A stretch of DNA of 63,620 nt, the filler included, from Choristocarpus tenellus KU-1152 (Eukaryota; Protista; Phaeophyceae): the NCBI GenBank assembly GCA_964200185.2. It is 16 parts of 16 records of this genome, joined end to end, with 100 filler letters (N's around TTAATTAATTAA, not from the genome) between each part and the next. Parts side by side here need not be neighbours in the genome. Positions count along the whole stretch, not along the records: positions 60,438 to 63,620 come from CAXNAD020021721.1; 15 more parts are not named here. One strand, written 5' to 3'. Of this stretch, positions 62,991 through 63,620 are shown in pieces (position 1 is the stretch's first letter; each line of letters begins with the position of its first letter). The position numbers were made by a program, and so were the translations under genes. A model generated the notes under the pieces. The model made no database searches. It had not been told where the DNA came from and saw nothing but the letters and a program-made list of their open reading frames with translations.

Positions 62991-63569
62991 CTATATGGGT
63001 GTCAATCTCTGCCCTCTTGCGTAGTTCCAATCAACAATTTCCTGATAGTGGAACAAAGCAGTCACCATGATCCAAACCCATACCTAAAGCAACAGGATAC
63101 CAAACAACAACAACAATAGCAATAATAATAATAATATAATAAAAAGAACAGTAACAACAACAATAATAATAACCACAATAACAACAGTAATAAAAACAAC
63201 AATAAGATCAAGTAACAATAACAATAATAAAAACAATATCATCAATCTCAATAACAATAATAACAATAAAATAATAACATCAACATATTAACAATAAAAA
63301 TAATAACACCAAGTAACAATAACAACAATAATAATATCAAGTAACAATAAAAAACAACAATAATACTAAAAATAATAACAATAATAACAACATTGCCATC
63401 AACAATAAAAATAATCGTCATCCGTCTTTACCAGCAGCTGAAGTCGCCTGTTGACAGCATCCTCTAGCTTCTCAGGCACGAGAGATATGTAAGCAGATCG
63501 TAACAGTCGAGCCACATCCGCAATCTCCATCCCTGCAAAGAAAGACCGCATTGCTTCTGCTGTACTAAC
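62991..63569 (-). CDS. Probable last two exons (63569-63432, 63041-62991) of an unknown protein
   Basis: AG|VSTAEAMRSFFAGMEIADVARLLRSAYISLVPEKLEDAVNRRLQLL|GT ... AG|EIVDWNYARGQRLTPI*, with a phase-0 intron. No family recognised. Confidence 0.45.
63101..63415. repeat. Degenerate (AAY)n microsatellite filling an intron
   Basis: About 310 bp of AAC/AAT triplets. Confidence 0.95.
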
Positions 63570-63598
63570 CTGTCAAGCCAAAACATACACATTATTAT

Positions 63599-63620
63599 GG
63601 CTCAAAGTATCTTGGGGGGG
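63599..63620. mobile_element. MITE family A end at window end
   Basis: GGCTCAAAGTATCTT followed by a G-run. Confidence 0.8.

Noticed and set aside
63084-63266. Hydrophobic 60-aa ORF as a membrane peptide
   Set aside because: It is a translation of the (AAY)n microsatellite.

Overview
This is eukaryotic genomic DNA, not prokaryotic. It is an artificial pseudo-scaffold of 16 short contigs (about 2.6-10 kb each) joined by 100-bp linkers (N44-TTAATTAATTAA-N44), so adjacency across a linker has no biological meaning. Intron-rich GT-AG genes and the SLU7 motif INPHNPEFITKRPWYL suggest a stramenopile, possibly a brown alga or relative (inference only). Host genes, mostly truncated by contig ends, are SLU7, SmD3 and RPN6/PSMD11 (these two head-to-head), a TMEM131-like gene, a type-II membrane protein, an SH3-like fragment and one unknown gene end. 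Most of the remainder is a nested collection of decayed transposons: (1) a Ty3/gypsy pol with a WLDD RT motif and a chromo-like then Tudor-like C-terminus, plus two derivatives sharing one RT-RH-IN deletion; (2) a DIRS-type RT/RNase H fossil split by three younger insertions; (3) a DD39D mariner remnant with a Stowaway-type TIR; (4) two LTR families; (5) about 20 copies or ends of three related MITE families sharing a 14-bp TIR, an inverted subterminal GTCCRTTT motif and 3- or 4-bp TSDs. I saw no rRNA, tRNA or CRISPR array. All translations and alignments were done by eye and no database search was run.
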